Source: Chiloscyllium plagiosum
Taxonomy: Eukaryota
Assembly (NCBI RefSeq): GCF_004010195.1
Contig: NC_057718.1
Coordinates: forward strand, 12,318,924-12,382,923
DNA length: 64,000 bases
Direction of reading: 5' to 3'
Numbering within the stretch: the first letter of the stretch is position 1; each line of letters opens with the position of its first letter. Made by a program: the position numbers and the translations under genes. The notes beneath the pieces were generated by a model. The model was not told the DNA's origin. It saw nothing but the letters and a program-made list of their open reading frames with translations, and did not search any database. Of this stretch, positions 12,255 to 24,471 are shown piece by piece.

Positions 12255-15200
12255 GGAGAAAGTGAGGTCTGCAGATGCTGGAGATCAGAGCTGAAAATGT
12301 GTTGCTGGAAAAGCGCAGCAGGTCAGGCAGCATCCAGGGAACAGGAGAATCGACGTTTCGGGCATAAGCCAGAAGGGCTTATGCCCGAAACGTCGATTCT
12401 CCTGTTCCTTGGATGCTGCCTGACCTGCTGCGCTTTTCCAGCAACNNNNNNNNNNNNNNNNNNNNNNNNNNNNNNNNNNNNNNNNNNNNNNNNNNNNNNN
12501 NNNNNNNNNNNNNNNNNNNNNNNNNNNNNNNNNNNNNNNNNNNNNNNNNNNNNNNNNNNNNNNNNNNNNNNNNNNNNNNNNNNNNNNNNNNNNNNNNNNN
12601 NNNNNNNNNNNNNNNNNNNNNNNNNNNNNNNNNNNNNNNNNNNNNNNNNNNNNNNNNNNNNNNNNNNNNNNNNNNNNNNNNNNNNNNNNNNNNNNNNNNN
12701 NNNNNNNNNNNNNNNNNNNNNNNNNNNNNNNNNNNNNNNNNNNNNNNNNNNNNNNNNNNNNNNNNNNNNNNNNNNNNNNNNNNNNNNNNNNNNNNNNNNN
12801 NNNNNNNNNNNNNNNNNNNNNNNNNNNNNNNNNNNNNNNNNNNNNNNNNNNNNNNNNNNNNNNNNNNNNNNNNNNNNNNNNNNNNNNNNNNNNNNNNNNN
12901 NNNNNNNNNNNNNNNNNNNNNNNNNNNNNNNNNNNNNNTGTCAGATGTGGAAGGATCCTTTGGGCCCTTGGACGAAGGTGAGAGGGGCAGTGTGGGTGCA
13001 GGTTTTGCAATTCATGCAGTGGCAGGGGAAGGTGCCAGGAGGGAAGGGTGGGTTGTTGGGGGTCGTGGATCTGACCAGGTAGTCACAGAGGGAGCAGTCT
13101 TTGCAGAAAGCGGCTAGGGGTGGGGAGGGAAATATATCACTAGTGGTGGGGTCCATTTGTAGGTGATGGAAATTCCCCCCCAGAACCCTGAGGGGAAACA
13201 TCATCTCTGCTAGTGACTCCACCCCCATTCACTACACCACCACTCCCACGGCAGTTACATGCTCCACCCCCACACCTACACCAGGTCCTAGTTCCCAGCC
13301 CCCCCAGACCACTCCCTCATTGAGGACGAACATTCAGTCCTCAGCAAAGGCCTTACCTCCATCCCCCTCCGTCCACGCATCAATGAATTCAATATGCGTT
13401 GTGACGTTGAGCACTTCTTCCGCTGCCTCCACCTCAGAGCTTACCTTTTCAATCAGGACTCCTGTCCACTTTCCGAGGACCCTTCACCCACCTCCAACGC
13501 ACTCCATCCACCTTGACACCCCATGCTGGCCTTTTACCCCACTCTCTCAATCTCTTCATTTCCAACTGCCGCTGAGACATTAACCGCCTCAACCTCTCAC
13601 CCTCACAATGCGCAGCTCCCCAATCCCTCTGCTCCAGTCCCAACCTCACCATCAAACCAGCGGAATAAAGGGGGTGCAGTGGTAGTTTGGCGCACTGACC
13701 TCTACACCACTGAAGCCAGGCACCAACTTGGAGACACCTCTTCCTACCACCCCCTCGACCATGACCTCCCCCCCTCAATCACCAAATCATCTCCCAGACC
13801 ATACACAACTTCATCACCGCAGGGATCACCCACCCACAGCTTCTGCCCAATTCAACCTCCTTCCCAAGATCCACAAACCTGACCAGCCCGGCCGACCCAT
13901 TGTCTCAGCCTGATTCTGCCCCATTGAACTCATCTTCACCTACCTCGATTCTGTCCTATTCCCCTCTTCGACCAGGTGAAAGTGAGGACTGCAGATGCTG
14001 GAGATCAGAGCTGATAATGTGTTGCTGGAAAAGCGCAGGTCAGGCAGCATCCAAGGAGCAGGAGAATCGATGTTTCGGGCATGAGCCCATCTTCTTTTCC
14101 ACCCCCCCCCCCGACCAGGAACTCCCCACATACGTTCGTGACACTACCCTCACCCCCTCCAAGATTTGCATTTTCTCAGCCCCCAACACCTCATTTTCAC
14201 CATGGACATCCAGTAACTCTACACCTCCATCCACCATGACCAGAGCCTCCAAGCCCTCTGTTTCTTCCTCTCCCGACATCTCCACCAGTATCCTTCCACT
14301 GACACTCATTCGTTTGACCGAACTGGTCTTCACTCTTAACAATATCTCCTTTGGATCCTTCCACTTCCTCCAGACAAAGGGGGAAGCCATGTGCACCCCC
14401 ATGGGCCCCAGCTATGCCTGTCTCTATGCTGGCTACATGGAACGATCCGTCTTCTGTAGTTACACCGGAACCATTCTCCACCTCTTCCTCCACGACATTG
14501 ATGACTGCATCAATGCCACCTTGTGCTCCCACGAGGAGATTGAGCAGTTCATCAGCTTCAGCAACCCATTCCACCCCGAACTTAAATTCACATGGACCAT
14601 CTCTGACATCTCCCTCCCCTTCCTGGACCTCTCCATTTCCATCAACGTCGACCAACTCAACACTGACATTTTTTTTTAAAACAAACCCACCGACTCCCAC
14701 AGCTACCTGGGTTACACCTCTTCCCACCCTACCTCCTGCAAAAATGCTTTTGTCTAAAATGCTATCCCTTATTCCCAATTCCTTTGCCGTATCTGCTCCC
14801 AGGAGCACCGGTTCCACCATAGAACACACCAGATGGCCTCCTTCTTGCAAGACCGTAATTTCCCCTCCTATGTGGTTGAAGGTGCCCTCCAACTCATCTC
14901 ATCCACAACCCACACCTCCGCCCCGAAACCCCACCCCTCCAACCTCAACAAAGACAGAACCCCCCTTGGTCCTCACCTTCCACCCCACCAACCTCACATA
15001 AACCGCATCATCCACCGACATTTCTGCCACCTACAGACAGACCCCATCACCAGGGATATAGCTCCCTCCCCACCCCTATGTGCAAAGACTATTCCCTCCG
15101 TGACTATCTGGTCAGATCCATGCCCCCCAACAACCCACCCTCCTGTCTCAGCACCTTCCCCTGCCACCACAGAAATTGCAAAATCGGCACCCATACCTCC

Positions 15201-15898
15201 ATCCAAGGCCCCAAAGGAGCTTTCCATATCCATCAAAGTTTCACCTGCACACCCACAAATGTCATTTATTGTAACCGTTGCTCCCGACGCAGCCTCCTTT
15301 ACACTGGGGAGACTGGACGCCTTCACATAGAGTGCTTTAGGGAACATCTCCGGGACACCTGCATCAATCAACCCCAGCATTCCGTCCCACTCTGCCAAGG
15401 ACATGCGGGTCCTGGGCCTCCTCCACCGCCGTCGCACCCTCACCACCTGACACCTGGAGGAAGAACACCTCATCTTCCACCTCGCAACACTTCAACCCCA
15501 GGACATCAATGCGGACGTCACCAGATTCCTCATTTCCCCTTCTCCCACCTCACCCCAGTTCCAAACTTCCAGCTCAGCACTGCCCTCATCACCTGTCAAT
15601 CTTCCTTACAACCTATCCACTCCACCCTCCTCTCTGACCTATCACCTTCACCCCCCCCCCCCCCCCCATCCTACTGTTGCAGTCTTAGCGACCTTCTCCC
15701 CAGCCCCACTAGGGGACCTTCTCCCCAGCTTCCATTTATCTTCCACCCGGGAAGCTTCCAGCCTCATTCCTGATGATGGGCTCCCGCCCGAAACGTCGGT
15801 TTTCCTGCTCCTCGGATGCTGCCTGACCTGCTGTGCTTCCCCAGCACCACACAGATCTTGAATGTGATCTCCAGCATCTGCCAAGTCCTCACTTTCTC
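12255..15898 (+). mobile_element. Penelope-like element complex (degraded RT plus GIY-YIG, pLTRs in both orientations, includes gap 12446-12938)
   Basis: FLQTKGEAMCTPMGPSYACL, FLHDIDDC, HPELKFT and LPFLDLSI are PLE RT motifs. NVIYCNRCSRRSLLYTGETGR is a GIY-YIG motif. The 3' pLTR has CTGATGA...GAAACGTC at 15770-15797. Confidence 0.9.
15766..15801 (+). ncRNA. Minimal type I hammerhead ribozyme motif in a PLE pLTR
   Basis: CUGAUGA, stem II GGGC/GCCC, GAAAC-GUC; stem I is weak. Confidence 0.6.
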
Positions 15899-15955
15899 CC
15901 CGATCCTGGGCTTGCCATTCGAGGAGCAGTTGAGGGCTCCCTCACCCACACTTAC

Positions 15956-16159
15956 CGCGTTCTCCTCGAATACGCTAGACCGCCGATTCCGGCCCCCAGT
16001 TCTCCGACCGTCTGTCTCCACGGACGGCCTGGCGATCTTCTTACGTAGCGGCAAACCCATTCGCCCTAACGGCACCTGCCCCTTCAATTCATCCATATCC
16101 ATGGTGTCATCCATCTCCTCTCCCAGGCTCTGAAGAATTTCATCCTCCTCCTCCTCCAT
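15956..16159 (-). CDS. DYNLT2: DYNLT2/TCTE3 (Tctex1-domain dynein light chain) coding exon 1
   Basis: ATG in GCGATGG context with an in-frame upstream TAA. MEEEEDEIL...RRSSVFEENA resembles human TCTE3 RRPSMFEKEA. Donor GCG|GTAAGT; 204 nt, phase 0. Confidence 0.85.
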
Positions 16160-16900
16160 CGCTGCCTTCTTCTTCTTCGCCGAGCTTCTGGACCGTTAAA
16201 CCACCGTTGCCGGTTTGATTTTGAATCCGGTGCCGCGTGCTAGGCGGGGCGGACACGTGGCCGCCAACATCCCGCGCGCTGGTCTCTATGACGTCGATAT
16301 GGGGCGGAGCGCTGATTCCCAACCCACCCCATCCGAGAATGCGCGCAAGTCTCCGTCACGTGGGTAGGGGGCGGGGTGCTGATTCCCAGATCGCCCCCAC
16401 CCGATCATGCGCGGTCTCCGTCACGTGGGTAGGGGGTGGGGCGCTAATTCCCAGCCCGTCCCCACCCGTTACTGCGCGCAGGTCTCCGTCACGTGGGTAG
16501 GGGGCGGGGCGCTGATTCCCAGCTCGCCCCCACCCGATAATACGCGTAGGTCTCCGTCACGTGGGTAGGGGGCGGGGCGCAGATTCCCAGCCTGCCCCCA
16601 CCCGATAATACGCGCAGGTGTCCGTCACGTGGGTAGGGGGTGGGGCGCTGATTCCCAGCCCGCCCACCCACCCACACCCGATAATACGCGCAGGTCTCCT
16701 TCACGTGTCAGTTCTCCCCTTCTCACCAAATGGGCGCATGCGCGGAGAATTGAAGCTTGGAGAGAAGTTCATAACAGTCAGCATGTTCCTCTTGCTGGAG
16801 GGATAGCCCGCTGTGATAGCGATCCCCTGGATAATAAGGACATCAACTGTCTGTTTCTGTCACTTCTTCAGGCGGTCAGGAAACCTTCGGTAAAACCGTC
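16160..16900. promoter_or_regulatory. CpG-rich bidirectional promoter shared by DYNLT2 and ERMARD
   Basis: Strongly CpG-rich. Seven CACGTG E-boxes, repeated GGGGCGGGG GC boxes, a TGACGTC CRE-like site near 16289 and an NRF1-type GCGCATGCGC near 16734. Lies between divergent genes. Confidence 0.8.
16282..16710 (+). repeat. About 68-bp GC-rich minisatellite, roughly 6 units
   Basis: Unit GTCTCCGTCACGTGGGTAGGGGGCGGGGCGCTGATTCCCAGCTCGCCCCCACCCGATAATACGCGCAG starts at 16282 (diverged), 16349, 16414, 16482, 16550, 16618 and 16694 (partial). Confidence 0.95.
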
Positions 16901-17335
16901 AATCTGTGCTGGCTACGGGCCACAGGACGCAGGCGCTGAAGTAGGCCATTCAGCCCGTCCAAGGCTGCTCCGACATTCGGAGAGATCGTGAAGGATCTGA
17001 TCTTCGTTTTCTTCTGGCTTTTTCAGGAGTTCTTCCTCCCCTCTGTTGTAAATCTGTTTTCTGAGGTTATGCGCTCTGAGAATGTTATGGTGGACTGTCT
17101 TCTTCAGGAACTGCAGCAAACAGTGGTTTTGATAGAGCCGGCCTAAGTTAAACAAAACTTGCAACTCGGAAATCGATTATTCCGTCCAACCAATCTATGA
17201 CGGTTGAAGTAATAAATGTTGCTATATTTGCTACTCAAGCAGAAAGACATGTGCTGTAAAGTACTGAGAATTCTGAAAGGGTATGGGTGGAGTACTAATT
17301 ATTTCAGAGTTCATTAAACCTAACGTTTTTCTAAG

Positions 17336-17507
17336 ATGGCAATATATAATAAGCCAATAAAGACCTGTCTCTCGGCTGAAGTGCATCACATGGTCTGCAG
17401 GCTTGGATTGATAGAGTTGAATAGCCCAGAGCTGGAGCACATCGTCACTGTGTCTGGAGAGATTTGTTGGGAGGCTATTACATTTTACCTACGCACTTCA
17501 AATACAG
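17336..17507 (+). CDS. ERMARD: ERMARD coding exon 1 (preceded by a splice acceptor; an upstream exon is likely but was not located)
   Basis: ctaag|ATG; MAIYNKPIKTCLSAEVHHMVCRLG...GEICWEAIT resembles human ITTCLSPSVYDIICNLG...GEVCWKTIT. Weak donor CAG|GTTTTT, phase 1. Confidence 0.85.
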
Positions 17508-17619
17508 GTTTTTCCTTTTTTCCCTTTGTTATTCAAGTCAATTGTAAAATTACTTTTCGAAGGTGCATTCTAGAGAGATGGGGAAAGGCATAATCATGCT
17601 GTCCAAACTGTTGTTACAG

Positions 17620-17762
17620 AGGAACATGACCTGGACTACGTAGAAAGTGTGAGACTTCTGGGACCTGTATGTAAAACTGTCCATGTATATCTACTGTCCC
17701 TCAATACGCAGCAGTTCAACAATCAATATGGACTGTGGTTTAAATGGACTAACAACACAGAG
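17620..17762 (+). CDS. ERMARD: ERMARD coding exon 2
   Basis: LDYVESVRLLGPVCKTVH...WFKWTNNTE|GTATGA. Confidence 0.92.
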
Positions 17763-17959
17763 GTATGATTCAGAAAATTGACTTTGTACTATTTTCAGCC
17801 ACAATTTTTTTGAGAGACTGGTTTTATTGAGTGCAAGCATCTAAAACTTCCCAGAACTACGACAAGTTTTTATCAGTATCTTTTCTCACCTTTCCAGTAT
17901 CCTCCTCAATTGACTTGTATAAATCTTAATTTCAATGAGGTATTTTTCACCAACCCCAA

Positions 17960-18370
17960 CTAGAGTCATAGAGATGTACAGTGTGGAAACAGACCCTTCG
18001 GTTCAACTTGTCCATGCAAACCAGATATCCCAACCTAATCCACTCCCGCTTGCCAGCAATTGGCCCATATCCCTGCTAACCCCTCCTATTCATATACCCA
18101 TCCAGATGCCTTTTAAATGTTGTAATTGTACCAGCCTCCACCACTTCCTCTGGCAGTGCATTCCATACATGTATCACTCGTGGCATGAAAAAGTTGCCCG
18201 TTCAGTTTCTCATATCTTTATCCCCCCTCACCCTAAACCTCTGCTCTCTAGTTCTGGACTCCCCTACGTCAGGGAAAGGACTTTGTCTATTTACCCTATC
18301 CATGCCCCACAAGATTTTATACACCTCTGTAAGGTCACCCCTCAGCCTCCAACGTTCAAGGGAAAACTGT
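17960..18370 (-). mobile_element. HER1/CR1 LINE 3' end
   Basis: Minus ORF RLRGDLTEVYKILWGMDRV and the characteristic 3' tail. Confidence 0.85.
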
Positions 18371-18739
18371 TGTGTGCTGACATAAACAGGAGCAGCATTA
18401 TGAAGTTCTTCAACTAACCTGTCCTGTACCCACTGCAATGTTCACCTATGGTTGTATGGTGAATAAAAATGGAGGAGCACAAAATTGTTCCAGTAATAGC
18501 TACTGGAGATGGGAAGTACAAGGTGGCAGTGGCAGATTCTAGCTGGGAATGGGGGAGAAAAATGTCAACTAAATTTTCTGTAAAATTTTAAATGACATCC
18601 TCATGATTTTCTCAAAGGATGTTTCGATAACTAGAATTGATAATGCCTCCTACAGTATTGGTACTGACTCTGATTTGGTTTGTGGCTGAATTTTGTTGCT
18701 AATGTAACCACTATCTTATTTAAATAAAACACAGAACTG

Positions 18740-19355
18740 TGAATGTTGGAGACCTGGTCTACTGTATTTGCTGTTCAATGTGGTCTGCTCTACAGATGAA
18801 ATGCAGGCAGGTGACCGTTTTACAGAACACCTATGTTTTGTTCATGAAAATGGACCCGAGCTTCCAAATGCCTGCCACTTCAACACACCGTTGTGTTCCC
18901 ATGTCAGCATTTCTGATACGGGCCTGCTGCAGTGTTCCACTGAACCTCAATGCAAACTTGAAGGGCAACATCTCACTTTATGTGTGGGGATCCTGCAGCC
19001 TGTAGGACTCAGCATCAGGTTCAATAACTTCAGAGCCTGATTCCATCCTTCCATGCCTTCTACACACCCTGGTCCTATCACAACGATTGCTTTCAGCATA
19101 GCCAACCCATTGTTATTTATTCAGCCTCTTTTCTGGCCTGGCCTACTATCAACAATTAAATCAACAACCTACTCCTTTCATTGCTCTCTCTCTGGACTCC
19201 ATCTCTACTTGTCTGCTCACATCTTCAAAATGCCACTTTTTCCTAGGTGCTGTCAGTTCTGATGAGTCACTAAACTTGAAATGTTAACTCTGCTTTCTCC
19301 CTATTGATGCTGCCAGACCTGCTGAGTTTCACTAGCAATTTCTGATTTTTGTTCT
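18740..19355 (+). mobile_element. Older PLE 3' fragment (GIY-YIG end plus pLTR)
   Basis: LVYCICCS...DRFTEHL...ACHFN...KLEGQHL...LQPVGL; degenerate CTGATGA...GAAATGTTAAC at about 19259-19288. Confidence 0.75.
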
Positions 19356-19616
19356 GCTATCTCATTTGTTCTTCATTATTATGAAACCTATCTTTAAGTG
19401 GAACAATTGTTAATCTGTTAACAAAAACAGAAGACTAACAGTTGCTGAAAGAAAATTTTGAACTTTTTTTTCTAAATTGAACAAGTATAGCCATTTAAGC
19501 CCCTTGAGTCTGTTTCACCATTTGAGCTAGATCATGATTGTTTCTACACATGTATTGCACTCTTGTTATTTCATGTAGGTATTGTTTCAAAGAAATCTGT
19601 GATTCCTTGGTTTTAG

Positions 19617-19718
19617 TTATTTGCTGAAGCATTTGAAGCCATCAGGAATTCACAATACACCGCCGTACCCCTCAGCCTGATGAAGTTAACGGCTTGTCTC
19701 GAACGAGCTTTGGGTGAT
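19617..19718 (+). CDS. ERMARD: ERMARD coding exon 3
   Basis: LFAEAFEAI...[22 protein letters not shown]. Confidence 0.93.
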
Positions 19719-19999
19719 GTAAGTGTGCAAGCAACTTTTTTTAAAATTACATATTTTTTGATGTGCTGCTGACTTTGAGGGATGGCAGCACTTTTCCTTT
19801 CACCAGTATGCAAAACAAAGGTTTGAAAGAGAGAGACGGACTGACAAATCCTCGAGGTCCATCCTGTCTAATAAGCAATTGACAGGATGGACCTCAAGAT
19901 AGGACCATCCTATGCAGACGAGTCATATTAACTACTTAGGGAGCCAAAACAAAAAATGGACAGAAGTATGGTGAGTTTCAGCAAATACCCTCAAGTGTC

Positions 20000-22140
20000 T
20001 TTGGCCTCTTCTGGAGTACTGTATGCAGTTCTGGTTGCCCTGCTATAAGAAGGGTATTCTTAAATTGGAGGGGGTTCAGAAAGGATTTACCAGGAATTTG
20101 CTGGGAATGAAAGGTCTGAATGCTGAAGATAGGCTGGGATTTTGTTTTTCATTGGAGAGTAGGAAGTTGAGGGGTGACCTTTGTATAGGTTGATAAAATC
20201 ATGAGGGGCATCAATAAGCTGAATAGCAAAGGTGTTTTCCCTAGGATGGGGGAGTTCAAAACTAGGGGACTTTTTTTAAGGTGAGAGAAAAACATCTTAA
20301 AAAGGACACAAAGAGCAAGTTTGTTTCCACAGTGGTTCGTTTGTGAAATGAACTGCCAGAGGAAGTGGTAGATGTAATATTTAAAAGCCATTTTGAATAG
20401 GAAAGGTTTGGAGGGATATGGGCCAAACACAGACAGGAACGTGCTTGGCATGGACGAGTAGGACTGCTGTGTCTGTTTCTGTGTTGTCTGATTCTAAACT
20501 CAGTTCTATAATCAAGCAAAGCGATTGCTAAAAGACCACCATTATTCGTGCATTATCACTAGCTATATGGAGAAAGTGGAGTTAGCTCAAGCGTATTTTC
20601 AACTTTCCTTGAGTAATAATCCCATCAAAGTTGGAGCTACCAGTTCCATCCAAAAGAGAAATCTCTAATCTGAAAAAAATCTCTTAATATCTTAACTTTT
20701 AAGAAGATGTGTGAAATTTATCCGTCAATATCAACACCAAATGTAAACTATATGTCCAGATTACAGAGGAGGAAGTGCTGGATTTCTTGAAACAGTTAAA
20801 GGTGGATAAATCCCCAGGACCTGATCAGGTGTACCCGAGAACTCTGTGGGACGCTAGAGAAGTGATTGCTGGGCCTCTTGCTGAGATATTTGTATCATCA
20901 ATAGTCACAGGTGAGGTACTGGAAGACTGGAGCTTGGCAAACGTGGTGCCACTGTTTAAGAAGGGTGGTAAGGACAACCCAGGGAACTATAGACCAGTGA
21001 GCCTGACCTTGGTGGTGGGCAAGTTGTTGGAGGGAATCCTGAGGGACAGGATGTACATGTATTTGGAAAGGCAAGGACTGATTCGGGATAGTCAACATGG
21101 CTTTGTGCGTGGGAAATCATGTCTCACAAGCTTGATCAGGACTTATACACTTAATGGTAAGGTCCTAGGGAATGTTGCTGAACAAAGAGACCTTGGAGTG
21201 CAGGTTCATAGCTCCTTGAAAGTGGAGTCGCAGGTAGATAGGATAGTGAAGAAGGCATTTGGTATGCTTTCCTTTATTGGTCAGAGTATTGAGTACAGGA
21301 GTTGGNNNNNNNNNNNNNNNNNNNNNNNNNNNNNNNNNNNNNNNNNNNNNNNNNNNNNNNNNNNNNNNNNNNNNNNNNNNNNNNNNNNNNNNNNNNNNNN
21401 NNNNNNNNNNNNNNNNNNNNNNNNNNNNNNNNNNNNNNNNNNNNNNNNNNNNNNNNNNNNNNNNNNNNNNNNNNNNNNNNNNNNNNNNNNNNNNNNNNNN
21501 NNNNNNNNNNNNNNNNNNNNNNNNNNNNNNNNNNNNNNNNNNNNNNNNNNNNNNNNNNNNNNNNNNNNNNNNNNNNNNNNNNNNNNNNNNNNNNNNNNNN
21601 NNNNNNNNNNNNNNNNNNNNNNNNNNNNNNNNNNNNNNNNNNNNNNNNNNNNNNNNNNNNNNNNNNNNNNNNNNNNNNNNNNNNNNNNNNNNNNNNNNNN
21701 NNNNNNNNNNNNNNNNNNNNNNNNNNNNNNNNNNNNNNNNNNNNNNNNNNNNNNNNNNNNNNNNNNNNNNNNNNNNNNNNNNNNNNNNNNNNNNNNNNNN
21801 NNNNNNNNNNNNNNNNNNNNNNNNNNNNNNNNNNNNNNNNNNNNNNNNNNNNNNNNNNNNNNNNNNNNNNNNNNNNNNNNNNNNNNNNNNNNNNNNNNNN
21901 NNNNNNNNNNNNNNNNNNNNNNNNNNNNNNNNNNNNNNNNNNNNNNNNNNNNNNNNNNNNNNNNNNNNNNNNNNNNNNNNNNNNNNNNNNNNNNNNNNNN
22001 NNNNNNTATATGAATAGGAAGGGTTTGGAGGGATATGGGCTGGGTGCTGGCAGGTGGGACTCGATTGGGTTGGGATATCTGATCGGCATGGATGGGTTGG
22101 ACCAAAGGGTCTGTTTCCATGCTGTACATCTCTATGACAC
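20000..22140 (+). mobile_element. HER1/CR1 LINE fragments (20000-20495; 20753-22140 with gap 21306-22006)
   Basis: KSPGPDQVYPRTL...GNYRPVSLT...QHGFVRGKSCLTSL; joins directly to a post-RT segment. Confidence 0.92.
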
Positions 22141-22899
22141 TCTGTTCTCCATTGCAATTCCGATATTGATCAGAATTAACTTGCAACTAATCAGCACCAT
22201 CTTTTCATACAGTATAAATTGTTCCCTTTGGAGGTTTAGTTTCCTTGCAATTCCTTCCTGATGAATGCAACATGAAAAGCTTCAGCAGTATTTCTTTCTC
22301 ATTTACAGCATGTTTTCTGCCCCACATTTCCTATTCCACATATTTATCACCTGCAGAGATTATATCTTCACCTGTTCTCATGTATGTTTGAATCCATGTC
22401 CCTAAGCTTGTTCTAATAGGTTCCTAGACTTAATGTACACTAACAGAATTTGAGTTATTGTTTATCTGTAAAGGTAGAAAGGGAGAAATCCTGTTCATCT
22501 ATGCAAACTGCATTAGATGCAAGTCCCAAAATATACCTTTTGCTCTGCAAATCCCAGTTGCTCACAAAAAGAAAGTTGTTTTGACTTGAATTATTCATAG
22601 TTTTTAAAAAAATATATAACCTTGTCATTTAATCCTTTCAACTAATAATTGTAAGTACAGACATAGCTTGTGGTATTTGAAGTCATCTTAGGCAATTCCT
22701 CATGATTGAGACTAGAGGAAGTGACGGAAGCTGGTACAATTGCAGCATTTAAAAGGTATCTGGATGGGTATTTGAATAGCAAGGGTTTAAAGGGATATGG
22801 GCCGAGTGCTGGCAAATGGGACTAGATTAGGTTAGGATATCTGGTTGGCATGGACGAGTTGGACTGAAGGGAGTGTTTGTGCTGTACATCTTTATGACT

Positions 22900-23545
22900 T
22901 ACTCCCAAACCAAACATGAATTCTCGGGTATCTGAAGAGTCAAATGGACGAGCTATAGTCTCCGTCACAGATGAAGCAGATGGGGGATTGAAGGAATGAG
23001 AAGGTGGGATATCCTGAGTTGCTGTGCATTTCTTTCTCTGATGCTTGACTTCAGCTTTTTGAGACTTGAAATGTATAGATGCTTACCTGCCATGTCAGGT
23101 GATCTTGGGTCAGAGTTTTCCCAGGTTTGTCAGTGGAGTTATAGCTCTTTTTCAATGAGGCAATGGGGGTGTCTTTGAAACATTTTCTCTGCCCTCCCGG
23201 GGCTCACTTGCTGGTTTGAAGCTTCGAGTAAAGTTCTTGTTTCGGGAATCTTGTGTCAGGTGTGTGGACAATGTGTGGAGCTAATTGGGCATGGTCAGTC
23301 CTTCAATACTGATGGTTTTGCCCTGAGCCAGAAGACAAATGGTCATGCATCTATCCAGCCAATGAATTTGCAGCTTTTTGCAGAGTTGGCAAGGTGGTAC
23401 TTCTCCAGGGTTTTGAGGTGCCTGCTGGATATAGTCAATGTCTTTGAGTCGTAAGGAAGAGATGTTCTACTATTGTTCTGTAGACCGAGCTTGTTGCTGT
23501 GTTTTGTGTCCAGTGCTCAAAACACTTTCTATAAGCTAGCTGTTG
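22900..23545 (-). mobile_element. RTE-clade LINE remnant
   Basis: Minus strand reads HIVHTPDTRFPKQELYSKL...GGQRKCFKD, an RTE C-terminal motif. Confidence 0.65.
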
Positions 23546-23739
23546 CACATTTTCAGGAAACATAATAAATATTTTACATTTTTATGAAAAGTTCTGTCTT
23601 TTTAATCTCATTTTTACCCCTCTTCAACAAAAAGTCTTGAATTATACAGTCAGTGATAGTGTTCTTTTCATGATGGAAAGAAATTGCCTTGCCTTGAAAA
23701 TAAGCTGTGTATATCATGTCTTCTGATTTTGTAAACTAC

Positions 23740-24165
23740 TGATTGAGTTTTTTGAAGAAGTAATAAAGAGGATTGATGAAAGGTAGAGCAGTGGATATGA
23801 CCTATGGATTTTAGTAAGCTGTTCAAGGCTTTGCATGGTAGATTAGTTATCAAGGTTAGATCACATGAAATAGAGGGAGAACTAGCCTTTTGGATACAGA
23901 ACTGGCTCAAAAGTAGGAGACAGAGGGTGGTGGTGGAGGGTTGCTTTTAAGACTGGAGACCTGTGACCAGCAGTGTGCCACAAGGGTCAGTGCTTGGTCC
24001 ATTGCTTTGTCACTTATATAAGTGATTTGGAATTGAACATAGGAGGTATAGTTCGTAAGTTTGCAGATGACACCAAGGTTAGTGGTGCCGTAGGCAGCAA
24101 AGAAGGTTACCTCGGAGTATAATGGGACCTTGATCAGATGGGCTGAGGAATGGCAGATGCATTGG
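23740..24165 (+). mobile_element. CR1 RT fragment
   Basis: Degraded SVPQGSVLGP and KFADDTK motifs. Confidence 0.8.
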
Positions 24166-24471
24166 TGCAGCACCTTGCAAATTACTGAACATCCCAATTT
24201 GTGGTCTTATCAAATAAATTTTGACGTTGAGGCAGATAAGGAGATATTCAAACTGTTGACCAAAATCTTAATCAGCAGTAGATTTAAAAACATCTTAAAG
24301 TAGCAAGGAGAGATAGAATGTTGGACAGTTTCAGATGAAAATTCCAGTGTTTAGGATCCAAAAGCTGAAAGCACAGGAAACAATAGTGGGATAACTATAA
24401 TTGAAGTATTCCTCCCTATATAAGCATTTGATTCAGAAGTTTAGCTTGCAATCATTCCATTCAGTTTCTGT

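Noticed and set aside
12186..13117. Long ORFs of 234-412 aa here and at 20775-22261 and 48666-49940
   Set aside because: Their length comes from N-runs; the flanks are transposon sequence.
15764..15955. 3' part of the 131-aa minus ORF as a single-exon gene
   Set aside because: Homology ends at the perfect GTAAGT donor; the remainder runs into a PLE terminal repeat.
16282..16710. Regularly spaced hairpin repeats resembling a CRISPR array
   Set aside because: Whole units repeat with no unique spacers, there are no cas genes, and the context is a vertebrate promoter. It is a minisatellite.
16800..16890. Candidate first (5' UTR) exon of ERMARD ending at TCG|GTAAAA
   Set aside because: Plausible but the donor is weak, and it cannot be supported without transcript data.
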